From Patescibacteria group bacterium (GTDB lineage: Bacteria > Omnitrophota > Gorgyraeia > Gygaellales > Profunditerraquicolaceae), in assembly GCA_035506195.1 (NCBI GenBank), contig DATJPV010000025.1:22494-86493 (forward strand): a stretch of DNA of 64,000 nt, written 5' to 3'. The notes below the pieces were generated by a model. It saw only the letters and a list, made by a program, of their open reading frames with translations. It did not search any database and was not told where the DNA came from. Position 1 is the stretch's first letter, and every line of letters begins with the position of its first letter. Below, in pieces: positions 9,431 through 19,076 of the stretch. The position numbers and the translations under genes were made by a program.

Positions 9431-9954
9431 CGTGCCCCCGGTTTAATTTCGACCGGTATACCGGAAACGGTAACACATACACGGTCTGCTTCTTTTGCTG
9501 CCAACTGGTTCACCTTACCGGCGATATCGCGAAAATCCCTGCCCAGCCTGTTGGCCGGCACCAGCCCCAGGCCCACCTCGTTAGAAACCAGGATCGCCGT
9601 AGCTTTCTTTTTTCTAAGCTGCGCAAACGCATCCTCGATCTCTTTAAGGATCGATCGTTCCTTACGCCCGGCCAGAATAAGATTCGAAACCAGCAGCGTC
9701 AGGCAGTCGACAACGATACAATCGAAGCCGCTGCCTATCTTGCCCAATACGCCCGCAAGGTCTCTTGGCTCCTCAAGAGTCTCCCAGTGCCGGGGCCTGG
9801 CCTGGCGGTGCGCGCGGATGCGCTCCCGCATCTCCTTATCCAGGCCCTGGCAGGTTGCGACAAAAACTACTTTTTTATGCTTTTTTGCCAACTGCAATGC
9901 GTAGGCGCTCTTTCCGCTGCGGGCGCCCCCCAAGATCAAAACTATCTTATTCAT
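9418..9954 (-). CDS. cobU: Bifunctional adenosylcobinamide kinase / cobinamide-phosphate guanylyltransferase
   Basis: LGGARSGKS, DCLTLLVSN, VSNEVGLG, FRDIAGKVNQ. Confidence 0.95.
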   Translation of the reverse strand: MNKIVLILGGARSGKSAYALQLAKKHKKVVFVATCQGLDKEMRERIRAHRQARPRHWETLEEPRDLAGVLGKIGSGFDCIVVDCLTLLVSNLILAGRKERSILKEIEDAFAQLRKKKATAILVSNEVGLGLVPANRLGRDFRDIAGKVNQLAAKEADRVCVTVSGIPVEIKPGARWKE

Positions 9955-10553
9955 GGCTGCTCCAGGTGGGCTATGTCGTTAAACTTCTTTATCCGAGGCG
10001 CGGCCTTTCTGTATTCGACTACCGTAACGCTGGTTGCCTGGGGCACATAACGCCAGAAGTCTCTCGTTTTCAATACACTGCTGACGAATATGCCGATGGC
10101 TCCCCCGTGGCAGACTACGGCTACGGTCTTGCCGGGGTTGCTGGAGGCGATCTTGCGTATGGTGCGGCATATCCTTTTCTTGAACGCCCGCATCGGCTCC
10201 GCCTTAGGGATACGATTCTTATAGGGGTCCTTGATCCAGCTTTCATAAAGCCGGCCGTAGGTAGCCGCGATCTCTTCGTGGCGCAGGCCTTCAAGCACCC
10301 CAAAATTTATTTCCCGCAACCCGGCGACCTTGGTGAATCGCGCCCTGCCAAAAATGATACGGCAGGTCTGCACGGCGCGCCTTTTGCTGCTGCAGTATAT
10401 CTTGTCGAAAGAAACCTTCTCCAGTTTCCTGCGCAGCTTCGCCGCCTGCTGCCTGCCTTCGCGGCTTAAGCCCACGTCGAGACGGCCGCAATAGCGCCTT
10501 TGCTTATTCCAGGCGGTTATGCCGTGCCTGATCAAGAAGATCTGCGTGGTCAT
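9951..10553 (-). CDS. cobC: Histidine phosphatase, alpha-ribazole-phosphate phosphatase-like
   Basis: RHG motif (LIRHG), LREINFG, VCHGG; located in the cob operon. Confidence 0.8.
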   Translation of the reverse strand: MTTQIFLIRHGITAWNKQRRYCGRLDVGLSREGRQQAAKLRRKLEKVSFDKIYCSSKRRAVQTCRIIFGRARFTKVAGLREINFGVLEGLRHEEIAATYGRLYESWIKDPYKNRIPKAEPMRAFKKRICRTIRKIASSNPGKTVAVVCHGGAIGIFVSSVLKTRDFWRYVPQATSVTVVEYRKAAPRIKKFNDIAHLEQP

Positions 10554-11341
10554 GATCCTCCTGCCGGCACCAGCACGACGTTCGGCCTTTTAGTGAGCTG
10601 GTTCGTATTCACCAGCACTATGGTTTTATACACTGCCTCGATGTTCTGATACGTAAGGACCTCCTCAGGGCTGCCCTCTTTGAAGATCGCCCCTTTGTCC
10701 AGCAACGCAATGCGGTTACAGTAAGCGCTGGCCAGGTTCAGATCGTGGAGGATCATGACAATGGTAAGGCTGTTCTTACGGTTAAGCCTTTTCAGCAGGT
10801 CCAACACCTGTATCTGGTGGCCGATATCAAGGTGTGAGGTCGGTTCGTCCAGGAATAGAAGCGCCGGCTCCTGGGCCAGGGCCCGGGCGATGATCACCCG
10901 CTGCCGCTCCCCTGCGCTTAACTCATCGATACGCTTATCTCTTAGGGCAAGCGTATCGGTCAGGGAAAGCGCCTGTTCCGCAATCTCGATATCTCGCTTC
11001 GTCTCAAACTGCATGCGTTTCAAATGGGGAATCCTGCCCATTAGCACGATCTCGATGACCGTGAAGGAAAAACTGCTTAAGATATCCTGCCCCACAAAAG
11101 CCACCCGGCGGCAAAACTCCTTTACTTCCATACGGAAAATATCCCGATCCCCCAAAAGCACCCTCCCCCTGGCAGGCACAAGCACCCGGGTGGCAAAACG
11201 CAGGAGCGTAGTCTTACCCGAACCGTTCGGGCCGATGATGCCCATGCAATCACCCTGATGTATATCAAGGCTGATACCCTTGATCACCTCTTCCTGATAA
11301 TAGCCGCCGGATAGGTTTTTTATTTGTAAAAGCGGTCCCAT
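10550..11341 (-). CDS. btuD: Cobalamin/Fe-complex ABC transporter ATPase (BtuD-like)
   Basis: GPNGSGKTT, LSAGERQR, LDEPTSHLD, HDLN. Confidence 0.85.
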   Translation of the reverse strand: MGPLLQIKNLSGGYYQEEVIKGISLDIHQGDCMGIIGPNGSGKTTLLRFATRVLVPARGRVLLGDRDIFRMEVKEFCRRVAFVGQDILSSFSFTVIEIVLMGRIPHLKRMQFETKRDIEIAEQALSLTDTLALRDKRIDELSAGERQRVIIARALAQEPALLFLDEPTSHLDIGHQIQVLDLLKRLNRKNSLTIVMILHDLNLASAYCNRIALLDKGAIFKEGSPEEVLTYQNIEAVYKTIVLVNTNQLTKRPNVVLVPAGGS

Positions 11342-12300
11342 CAGAACCTCCTGCCCTTCTTTAAGATGATCATGAATGCGGGAGCCCCTATTATTGCCGT
11401 AATGACGCCGATGGGTATCTCCATCGGCGCAAAGAGCGTCCGGGAAAGCAGGTCACAGGCGACCATGAATACCGCGGCAGCCAGGCAGGTAGCGGGGATA
11501 AGCGTCTTATGGTTGGGGCCGCAGACCAGGCGCATCATATGGGGTACGATCAGGCCCACGAAACCGATGATCCCGCAGATACAGATGAGGCTGGCAGTGA
11601 TCAAAGCGGTAACAAGAATGAGTATCTTTTTTATGTTCTGCGCATCTATGCCTACGTGCATGGCTTCTTCTTCCCCCATGCTGATGGCATTCAAATCCTG
11701 CGAAAATATATATACCGTGCAGATCCCCAGGATAACCGGTATGGCTACCAACACGACCAGCTTATAATCATACACCTGCATGCTTCCCCATAACCACCAA
11801 TTCATCTCGTGCATGGCAAGGTTGCCGAAAAGGGAAACCAGGAATACGATGATCGAAGAGAATGCCACCGAGACGATCACGCCGGAAAGTATCAGCGAGG
11901 TATCAAGGATCTTGCCTCTGTCCCGGGCCAGGTTATAGACCAGAATGATGCTGGCCAATGCCCCCAGGAATGCGGCCAGCGGCATATAGATGCGCGAAAC
12001 CCCTAAGATAACGGCGATGACCGCAGCCAGGCCCGCGCCGCTTGAGGTACCCAGCAGGTACGGCTCAGCCAAGGGGTTGCGCAGGATCGCCTGCAGGGCT
12101 ATGCCCGAAACCGCCAGGCCGCTGCCGGCGAGGATCGCGACCAACACCCTTAAAAGCCTCAAGTGGAAGATGGCCTGGTTTTTTTCAAGTAAAAGCTCAG
12201 CCGGCGGAATGCGTACTGCGCCCTTCACCAGCGCGTAGATCGCTACGGCGCACAACAGCAAAAATAATACCGGCAATCTTTTGCGTAAAGGCTCGTTCAT
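11341..12300 (-). CDS. btuC: Cobalamin ABC transporter permease (BtuC/FecCD family)
   Basis: RNPLAEPYLLG, GIIGFVGLIVPH, EIPIGVITAIIGAP. Confidence 0.87.
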   Translation of the reverse strand: MNEPLRKRLPVLFLLLCAVAIYALVKGAVRIPPAELLLEKNQAIFHLRLLRVLVAILAGSGLAVSGIALQAILRNPLAEPYLLGTSSGAGLAAVIAVILGVSRIYMPLAAFLGALASIILVYNLARDRGKILDTSLILSGVIVSVAFSSIIVFLVSLFGNLAMHEMNWWLWGSMQVYDYKLVVLVAIPVILGICTVYIFSQDLNAISMGEEEAMHVGIDAQNIKKILILVTALITASLICICGIIGFVGLIVPHMMRLVCGPNHKTLIPATCLAAAVFMVACDLLSRTLFAPMEIPIGVITAIIGAPAFMIILKKGRRF

Positions 12301-13127
12301 TGTCCGGGGTAGAGTTTTTTATACAATTCTTTTAAGCCTTCGGTTATCCTGGGCCCGGGCCTGAGCAAAAGATCCGGGTCGATATCGTTAAATACCCGTT
12401 TATTTTTCACCGCTTCGATGCCCGCCCAGCCAAAACGGCCCTCGACCAGCCTCAGGGGCGGCTCTTTATCCATGTAGGCCAGGATGATGACCTGAGGATT
12501 CAAACTGACCACCTTCTCAGCGCTGAAAATCGAATAGGGCCTGTTTACTTGATGCCCCACGTTGATCCCGCCGGCCAGGGTGATCATCTCATCAATAAAG
12601 GAGCCTCGCCCGGCAGTCATGAGCGGCTCATGCCAGATCTCGACAAAGATCCTTGTTCTTCTGTCTTGCGGAATGAGCTTCACCTTTGCACTGACTGCCC
12701 TGATGTCATCGCGCATCCTGGCGATCAGGGCTTGAGCCTCTTTTTCCCTGGCGGTGATCTTTCCGATGTCCCGAATGGAAGAAAACAGTTCCTCGATGTT
12801 CGCAGGGTCGGCGATGTAGACATTCAACTTGAGGCGCTTTAGCTCGGCAATCGTCCCTGCCTGCTCAAGGCCGGTGCAAAAAACGTAATCGGGCCTGGCG
12901 GCAACGATCTGCTCCATGTTGGGGTGGCTGAAATCTCCGACGCGGGGCTTATGCGCGGCCTCGGCAGGATAGTTACAGTATGCGCTCACTCCCGCAACGG
13001 ATTCGCCTAACCCCAGGGCAAAAAGGATCTCCGTGGTCGAAGGCGCAAGGGAAATGTAGCTGGGTGCAGCCACGGCATTGCCGCAGATCAAAGAAAAAAA
13101 GACGAAAAGTAAAATTGTCTTGTTCAT
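12297..13127 (-). CDS. btuF: Cobalamin-binding periplasmic protein BtuF
   Basis: Signal peptide, ISLAPSTTEILFALG, CNYP, RPGPR. First gene after the riboswitch. Confidence 0.88.
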   Translation of the reverse strand: MNKTILLFVFFSLICGNAVAAPSYISLAPSTTEILFALGLGESVAGVSAYCNYPAEAAHKPRVGDFSHPNMEQIVAARPDYVFCTGLEQAGTIAELKRLKLNVYIADPANIEELFSSIRDIGKITAREKEAQALIARMRDDIRAVSAKVKLIPQDRRTRIFVEIWHEPLMTAGRGSFIDEMITLAGGINVGHQVNRPYSIFSAEKVVSLNPQVIILAYMDKEPPLRLVEGRFGWAGIEAVKNKRVFNDIDPDLLLRPGPRITEGLKELYKKLYPGQ

Positions 13128-13130
13128 ATA

Positions 13131-13163
13131 AACACGAAACCCGCCACGAGATTCTGGCGGGTT
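13131..13163 (-). terminator. Riboswitch expression-platform terminator
   Basis: Minus strand reads AACCCGCCAGAATCTCGTGGCGGGTTT-CGTGTTT just before the btuF ATG. Confidence 0.7.
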
Positions 13164-13206
13164 GCACCCAAATAGTTACTTGGCCCTGTCCACGAGGCGT
13201 TGCTTT

Positions 13207-13357
13207 AATATAGGCAGGTCTTCTGGCTCGGGTATCATTCTAGTTGCTGCGTCTTCCCATCCCGGGTTCTTGAGGGACAGTGACTATTGCAGCTTTCGTC
13301 CACCCTTACAGCGGCGGGACCGCACTCGCTTTCACGAGTTTCCCTTGTCCTATATTA
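13207..13357 (-). ncRNA. Cobalamin riboswitch
   Basis: Minus strand reads AAGGGAAACTCGTGAAAGCGAGTGCGGTCCCGCCGCTGTAA...CACTG...GGGAAG...GAGCCAGAAGACCTGCC (B12 box). Closing stem TAATATAGG/CCTATATTA. Lies upstream of the btu/cob genes. Confidence 0.93.
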
Positions 13358-13373
13358 CCGTATTGTCGCTTCT

Positions 13374-13402
13374 AATCTATCAGCCGCAGGCTCGTTTGTC
13401 AA
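13374..13402 (-). promoter_or_regulatory. Sigma70 promoter of the B12 operon
   Basis: TTGACA-17 nt-TAGATT immediately upstream of the riboswitch. Confidence 0.65.
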
Positions 13403-13410
13403 ACAATATT

Positions 13411-16071
13411 TTAGGGAGCCTGTGTGCTAAAATATGCCTGCAGTATCGCGTTAGCGATATTGGCGGCTAAAAGCCTGTAGCCTTTGTCCGTACAATGATC
13501 GTCAAAATCGATAAGATACTCTCCGTAGCCTTCGCGCGCTATGGCCTCCTTGAACGCCTTCTCATTATCTACGAATACTATCCCGGCCTGTCCTTCGAAT
13601 ATATCCTTCAACGGTGTGACGCTAGCCGTAGGGGTCTGCACGCAGATCAAGGGTATGTTTCTTTTATCGAGGACCTCCTTGATCTTGCGGTAGTTGCCGG
13701 CGGTCACAGGGTCATAACGGAAATGCGCGTTGTCTTCTTTTTTACTTTCTTTTTTCAAAGCGGCCAACATGCGGCTCTCCCTGTCTTTGGTGCCGGAAAA
13801 ACGCATGATTTTCTTGAGGGTTTCTTCTGCCTGAGCAAGCTTGCCTTCCTTCAGATAAGTCCCTCCCAGATCGATATACGCTTGCTCATTCCCGGGATTA
13901 AGCTCTATGGCTTTCCCGAATGCCTCTTCCGCCCGGATGAGCTTCCCTTCTTTCAGGCGGAGCCAGCCGAGGTCGAAATACACACGATCGCTTCGGGGGC
14001 TAAGCTCTATGGCTTTCTGGAACGATTCTTCTGCCGGGCCGAATTTGCCCTGTTGCGAGTATACTGCTCCTAACAGGCGGTACGGCCAGTCGCTTGCGGG
14101 ATTGCACGCGATAGCTTTTCGGGCGACGTCTTGCGCCTGAAGAAGCTTATCCTGCTTCATGTAAAGCTGCCCCAGTTCGCAATACGCCTGCTCATTCCCA
14201 GAGTCAAGCGCTATGGCTCTACCGTAAAACTGTTCTGCCTGGGCAAATTGGGCCTGCCTTGCGCAGGACTGCCCCAGGCCGCGATATCCCTGCGGATTCC
14301 GCCCGTTAAGCGCGATGGCCTTTTGGAACATTTCTTCTGCCAAGCCGAAATTATCCTGCCCCAAGCAGCTCCACCCCAGGTTAAGATAACTATTCTCGTT
14401 CTGAGGGTTAAGCGCGATACCCTTTTTAAGCGTTTCTTCCGCCTGGGAAAGTTTATGCTGCTGCAAATACGCCAGCCCCAGGTCAAAATAACCCTGCTCA
14501 TCTTGAGGGTCGAGCGTGATGGCCTTTTGGAACGATTCTTCTGCCCGGGGAAAATTATCCTGCTGCAGGTAAGCCCGGCCGAGTAAAAGGTGTGCCTGAC
14601 CATTGCCGGGATCGACTACGATGACCTTCTGATACATTTCTTCTGCCTGGGCAAATTTGCCTTCCAGTAAATAGCTGCCTCCCAGGTCAAAATAGCTTTG
14701 TGCTTTCCGGGGGTCAACTGCGATGGCCCTTTGGAACACTTCTTCTGCCCGGGGAAAGTTGCCCTGCTGCAGGTAGCGCTGCCCTAAATCGCAATAATAG
14801 GGGTATACTTGTGCGCTTTGAGGGCTGGCCCTTACCGCTTGCGCGAATGCCTGCTCTGCCTCGGGAAGCTTACCCTGCCTTAGGCAGGCTTGGCCCAGAA
14901 AAAGATACGCCCGGTCATCGCCGGGATTGACCCTTACTGCCTGCGCGAATGCCTGCTCTGCCTTAAGAAATGCGCGCTGTTGCAGGTAACCGCCTCCTAA
15001 GTCAAAATAGCCTTGTTCTTGCTGGGGGTCAAGCGCGATGGCCTTGTGGAACGCTTCTTCTGCGCGGGGGAAGTTGCCCTGCTGCAGGTAGCGCCGTCCT
15101 AATTCGCAATAATCAAAATACACGGATGCAAACCCGGGATTAAGCGCGATGGCCTTCATGAACAACGTCTCTGCCTGAGGAAGCCTATTCTGCCGCAGGT
15201 AAAGCTGCCCCAGCCCTTGATAGCCGTGTTCATTGCGGGGGTTGAGCGTGATAACCTTGTTCAGGGCCTCTTCGGCCCGGGCGCATTTGTCCTGCTTCAA
15301 GTAAACCCGGCTTAACAGCAGATACGCTTCGTCGCTGGCAGGCTTAAGCGCCAGGACGGTCTTGAATGCCTCTTCGGCCTGGGCGCATTTGTCCTGCTTC
15401 AAGTAAACCCGGCCCAGGGAAAGCAGGGAATCGACGTTACCGGGATCGGCCAGTACGGCCTTCTTAAGCGCGCCTTCTTGACGGACAAGCTGGGCCTGCT
15501 TTAGCTGGTCAGGGGCTGGCGCGGTCTTGCCGGGGGCCTGCGGCGCCGAAGGGGATATAACCTGACGGGGCTTTACCGCTATGCTTTTTTTAAGCGGCCT
15601 GCCGATGAAGAGCCCTCGTGCCGGAGTAAGGATAGCCCGCCAAACGGTCATGGCCAGCTTATAGGTCCGCAGGGATTCTACCCATGCATGCGCCCGGGGC
15701 GACGGGTGGGCATAATAGTTCTCTGTCCTGCCAAGCATGGTGACAACCAGCTGAGGCTTATACGTAACAAGGTAACGCTCCAGCTGGCTTAAAACGAAGA
15801 AAGAATCGGAGCCCGGTACGACCTTGTCGATCACGCTGAAGCGCACCCCCGGATGGCACCGATTTAAGATCTTTTCCAGATGGCGGGGGTAGCCTCCCGT
15901 AGTGGAATCCCCCACGCAGAGGATGCGATAACTGCCCTGTGTGCGGAAAGAAGCCTTATTCTTGTATTCCTGCAAAAGGAAGTAGGCGCCTCCGGCCAGC
16001 CGCAAACTCAGCTCCAGCGCCGCCAGCAATAGAAGCGTTCTGACTAGAGCAAAGATTATCTTCTTATGCAA
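13411..16071 (-). CDS. Membrane-anchored SGNH-like acyltransferase/esterase interrupted by ~16 TPR repeats
   Basis: N-terminal TM segment, VGDSTT (block I), VPGSDS, MLGRTEN, then 16 TPRs, then C-terminal FVDN and DFDDH (block V). Likely TTG start at 16071 after GGAGG. Confidence 0.75.
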   Translation of the reverse strand: MHKKIIFALVRTLLLLAALELSLRLAGGAYFLLQEYKNKASFRTQGSYRILCVGDSTTGGYPRHLEKILNRCHPGVRFSVIDKVVPGSDSFFVLSQLERYLVTYKPQLVVTMLGRTENYYAHPSPRAHAWVESLRTYKLAMTVWRAILTPARGLFIGRPLKKSIAVKPRQVISPSAPQAPGKTAPAPDQLKQAQLVRQEGALKKAVLADPGNVDSLLSLGRVYLKQDKCAQAEEAFKTVLALKPASDEAYLLLSRVYLKQDKCARAEEALNKVITLNPRNEHGYQGLGQLYLRQNRLPQAETLFMKAIALNPGFASVYFDYCELGRRYLQQGNFPRAEEAFHKAIALDPQQEQGYFDLGGGYLQQRAFLKAEQAFAQAVRVNPGDDRAYLFLGQACLRQGKLPEAEQAFAQAVRASPQSAQVYPYYCDLGQRYLQQGNFPRAEEVFQRAIAVDPRKAQSYFDLGGSYLLEGKFAQAEEMYQKVIVVDPGNGQAHLLLGRAYLQQDNFPRAEESFQKAITLDPQDEQGYFDLGLAYLQQHKLSQAEETLKKGIALNPQNENSYLNLGWSCLGQDNFGLAEEMFQKAIALNGRNPQGYRGLGQSCARQAQFAQAEQFYGRAIALDSGNEQAYCELGQLYMKQDKLLQAQDVARKAIACNPASDWPYRLLGAVYSQQGKFGPAEESFQKAIELSPRSDRVYFDLGWLRLKEGKLIRAEEAFGKAIELNPGNEQAYIDLGGTYLKEGKLAQAEETLKKIMRFSGTKDRESRMLAALKKESKKEDNAHFRYDPVTAGNYRKIKEVLDKRNIPLICVQTPTASVTPLKDIFEGQAGIVFVDNEKAFKEAIAREGYGEYLIDFDDHCTDKGYRLLAANIANAILQAYFSTQAP
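15266..15413. repeat. 46-bp near-perfect direct repeat, 102 bp apart (TPR1/TPR2 duplication)
   Basis: gcctcttcggcc(c/t)gggcgcatttgtcctgcttcaagtaaacccggc at 15266 and 15368. Confidence 0.85.
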
Positions 16072-16081
16072 AATCCCCTCC

Positions 16082-17536
16082 CTAAAACGCAACGTACAGG
16101 AACTGCTTTCCGATATGCTGGCCCAACATCAGCAGCAGGACCAGCAATACCACATAAAATATATCCCTGGCGAGGAAATGCCAGCGCAAGACGATCAAAA
16201 GATCATTTTTGATGTATTGCATGATCTCCAGGGCTACGAGTATCGAAACAAAGAACAAGATGCCTGCCGCTATCTCCAGGGAATCGCGCGAAATGGCGAA
16301 TCCAAAGACCAGCCTGTGCATGAAATCCCCTATCTGAGGAGCGGATTGAGCCATAAAGAGAAGCTCTCCGAAAACAAAAAGATGGAAGGTCAGGATTATT
16401 TTGAGCGCATCTACCAGGGCGCGCCTTCTTCCCGTAAAGGAAAAACCGAATTTCCCCCAGAGCGGGCGCGCAAGGACCTGCACGCTCATCAGGACGCCGT
16501 GGTATAACCCCCATAAGACAAAAGGCCATGCCGCCCCGTGCCAGAGCCCCATCACTGCCATGGTCGCCAGGATCGCCCCTGGCGCCCCCTCCGCGCGCGT
16601 AGCCCCCAGCCTGATCCGTAGCCGATTAAAGTAATAAAAAACATAGTCCCTGCACCAGCTCGACAAGCTGATATGCCACCGGCGCCAGATCTCCAGGGGG
16701 CTCTTGGCAAAAAAAGGAAGATTGAAATTCAACATTGTCTTGAATCCCAGGCAACCCGCCGTTCCGATCGCGATATCCGAGTATCCCGAGAAATCCGCAT
16801 ACAGCTGAAAGGTAAACGCGTAGGCGGCCAAAAGGATCTGGAAGCCGGAACCGGCATTGTCTGCGGAAACAAGGTTTGCCACGACCAGCGCCAGGTTGTC
16901 GGCGATGAAAAACTTCTTGAACACCCCCCAGAAGATCAAGTAGAGGTTTTCGCCGAAAGCAGCCCACTCAAACCGCCTTGAGCCGGCAACCTGCGGCATA
17001 AAATGCACTGCCCGCTCGATGGGGCCGGCCAGGAAGTGCGGGAAAAAAGACAAATACAGCGCATAGTCCCCCAGGTTTCTGACCGGCCGGGTGATGACGC
17101 ACCTATACACGTCTATGGTGTAGCTCATGGATTTAAAGAGGTAATAGGAGATCCCGACAGGCAAGATGATATTCAGATGCAGCGGCGCGACATTCCTGAT
17201 CCCTGCGGCGCCTAACACCGCCGTGAGATTCTGCACGAAGAAATCAAAATACTTAAAAAACCCCAGGAGGCAAAGGTCCGAGGCGATACTAATCCACAGG
17301 AAGAACGTTTTTCTCTTTTTCGTCTCTGCCCGAAAGATCCGTATACCGCAGGCGTAATCGACAACGGTGGGGACCAGTATCAGCAGGGGAAAGCGCCAGT
17401 TCAGGCATAGATAAAACGCATAACTTGCCGCTAAAAGAAGGACGTTCTGTTTGCGCCAATCCAGGCGCCAGTAGATCAAAAGGAAAGGCAGGAGGAATAA
17501 AAGCTTAAACGGGGCAAAGATCATGAATGAGGACAT
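16082..17536 (-). CDS. MBOAT family O-acyltransferase (AlgI/PatA/DltB-like)
   Basis: LPVGISYY, FPHFLAGPIER, YADFSGYSDIA, WRRWHISLSSW, GLWHGA catalytic His, C-terminal FLYVAF hexapeptide. Confidence 0.93.
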   Translation of the reverse strand: MSSFMIFAPFKLLFLLPFLLIYWRLDWRKQNVLLLAASYAFYLCLNWRFPLLILVPTVVDYACGIRIFRAETKKRKTFFLWISIASDLCLLGFFKYFDFFVQNLTAVLGAAGIRNVAPLHLNIILPVGISYYLFKSMSYTIDVYRCVITRPVRNLGDYALYLSFFPHFLAGPIERAVHFMPQVAGSRRFEWAAFGENLYLIFWGVFKKFFIADNLALVVANLVSADNAGSGFQILLAAYAFTFQLYADFSGYSDIAIGTAGCLGFKTMLNFNLPFFAKSPLEIWRRWHISLSSWCRDYVFYYFNRLRIRLGATRAEGAPGAILATMAVMGLWHGAAWPFVLWGLYHGVLMSVQVLARPLWGKFGFSFTGRRRALVDALKIILTFHLFVFGELLFMAQSAPQIGDFMHRLVFGFAISRDSLEIAAGILFFVSILVALEIMQYIKNDLLIVLRWHFLARDIFYVVLLVLLLMLGQHIGKQFLYVAF

Positions 17537-17539
17537 GAC

Positions 17540-18820
17540 TTAATCGAATTCTCCTGCGGCATGGCTCCGGCGGATCACGGAGGCGCGCGCGCCGTCGACA
17601 AGCAATTCAAGCGGCGTTTCGTGGGATAAAAACAGTATGGGGCTTGCGGTATAGGTATACGCGCCGGAAGTCAAGACCGCGATATACTGGCCGGCCTGCG
17701 GTTTCTTAAGGAGCAGGTCCTCCGCGATTATATCAAGGGAAGCGCACAGGGGCCCGACGAGCGTTACCCGCTCCGCCGCAATCCTGCCCGTGCAAGAAAT
17801 ATTGACGACCCGCAGATTCCGGCGGATAAAATTACCCAACCGGCCGCTGGCTGCCAAATGATGATTGATGCCGCCGTCTAAGACGCAGAACTTCTTTCCC
17901 CTGGACTCCTTGACGTCCACGATGCGCGCGACATAGATCCCCGCCTGCGCAACCAGGTAGCGGCCCAGCTCCAGTATCCCCGTACAGCCGGAAAGGCCTG
18001 TCTTGCGCTTGAACCGCCCAAACTGACTCGATATGCCGGAACAAACCCGCCTGACGTCGATTTCGCTCTGCCCTTCGTAATAGGGGACGCCGAACCCTCC
18101 CCCGAAGTTGACGGATCTTATTTCCAGGCGAGTTGCTGCGTAGACCTCTTCGGCGATATTTAACGTAGAGACGGCGTTATCCAGAAGCGTTGCCTCATCC
18201 AGGCACTGCGTGCCCGAGTACACATGGATACCGACAAAACGGCACCGGCGCATGCCTTCGAGGAGACGGAAAAAACCGCCCCATTTCTCTTGGTCGATGC
18301 CGAAAGGCGACGCCAGGCCTCCCATTTTGACCGGGAACTTTCTTTGCGGCCTTGCTGGATTTATCCGTATCGAGACAGCGGCCTTTCGCTTTTGCGCTGC
18401 AGCGATCCTGTCTATCCTGACCAGCTCGGTAAGCGACTCTACGCTGAGCGAGCCGATCCTCCGGGAAACGGCCAATGACAGCTCCTCCTCCGTTTTTCCC
18501 GGCCCGGCAAAGCTTATGCGCGAGGGACAACAACCTGCCTTTAAGGCCCGTGTAAGCTCCCCGCCGGAGGCAACATCAACCCCGTCTACCAAAGGCAGCA
18601 TGCGCTTAAGAAGCCCGAGGTTAGGGTTGGCCTTTATCGCGTAATACAGTTTTATATCGTCGCTTAAGCCCTCGCGCACCGCCCGGATCTTTTGCGCGAT
18701 ACACTGCCAGTCATATATAAAAAAGGGGGTATCGTACTTTTGGAGATTGACGCCCCTTAGGTAGGTGCGGCCGTTACGGACCTTAAGCCCTAATCCGGTC
18801 ACTGTGCTTTTCTTATGCAT
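17540..18820 (-). CDS. Fold-type III PLP-dependent decarboxylase (BtrK / exosortase-associated TIGR03099-like)
   Basis: YAIKANP PLP lysine, FAGPGKT, HVYSGTQ (LysA has HxHIGSQ), ELGRYLV, GPLCASLD, SPILFLSH. Confidence 0.85.
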   Translation of the reverse strand: MHKKSTVTGLGLKVRNGRTYLRGVNLQKYDTPFFIYDWQCIAQKIRAVREGLSDDIKLYYAIKANPNLGLLKRMLPLVDGVDVASGGELTRALKAGCCPSRISFAGPGKTEEELSLAVSRRIGSLSVESLTELVRIDRIAAAQKRKAAVSIRINPARPQRKFPVKMGGLASPFGIDQEKWGGFFRLLEGMRRCRFVGIHVYSGTQCLDEATLLDNAVSTLNIAEEVYAATRLEIRSVNFGGGFGVPYYEGQSEIDVRRVCSGISSQFGRFKRKTGLSGCTGILELGRYLVAQAGIYVARIVDVKESRGKKFCVLDGGINHHLAASGRLGNFIRRNLRVVNISCTGRIAAERVTLVGPLCASLDIIAEDLLLKKPQAGQYIAVLTSGAYTYTASPILFLSHETPLELLVDGARASVIRRSHAAGEFD

Positions 18821-19076
18821 CCGATGCTTTTATCTCCGTTATAAGAGAGGCCATGCCCTGAATAGAGCGGAACCGCTGATCAAAGAAATGCTCCTCCTGG
18901 AAGGTGACGCCGAAGGTCTCTTCAAGGAATGTTGCCAGTTCAAACGCCCCCATAGAGTCAATGACGCCGGTTTCAAAAAGATTCTGCCCGTCGCTTAAGT
19001 CTTTTTCGCTGGCCCGTAGCCTGCGGACCAGATACGCCTTTATCTTCTGCCTGATATCATTCTCGCTTACACGCAT
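18813..19076 (-). CDS. Acyl/aminoacyl carrier protein (DltC-like)
   Basis: LFETGVIDSM phosphopantetheine-serine motif, FLEETFGV; 87 aa. Confidence 0.88.
   Translation of the reverse strand: MRVSENDIRQKIKAYLVRRLRASEKDLSDGQNLFETGVIDSMGAFELATFLEETFGVTFQEEHFFDQRFRSIQGMASLITEIKASDA

Noticed and set aside
17540-18820. Calling this gene lysA
   Set aside because: The HVYSGTQ, GPLCASLD and FLSH motifs and the ACP/ligase context fit the BtrK/TIGR03099 type better.
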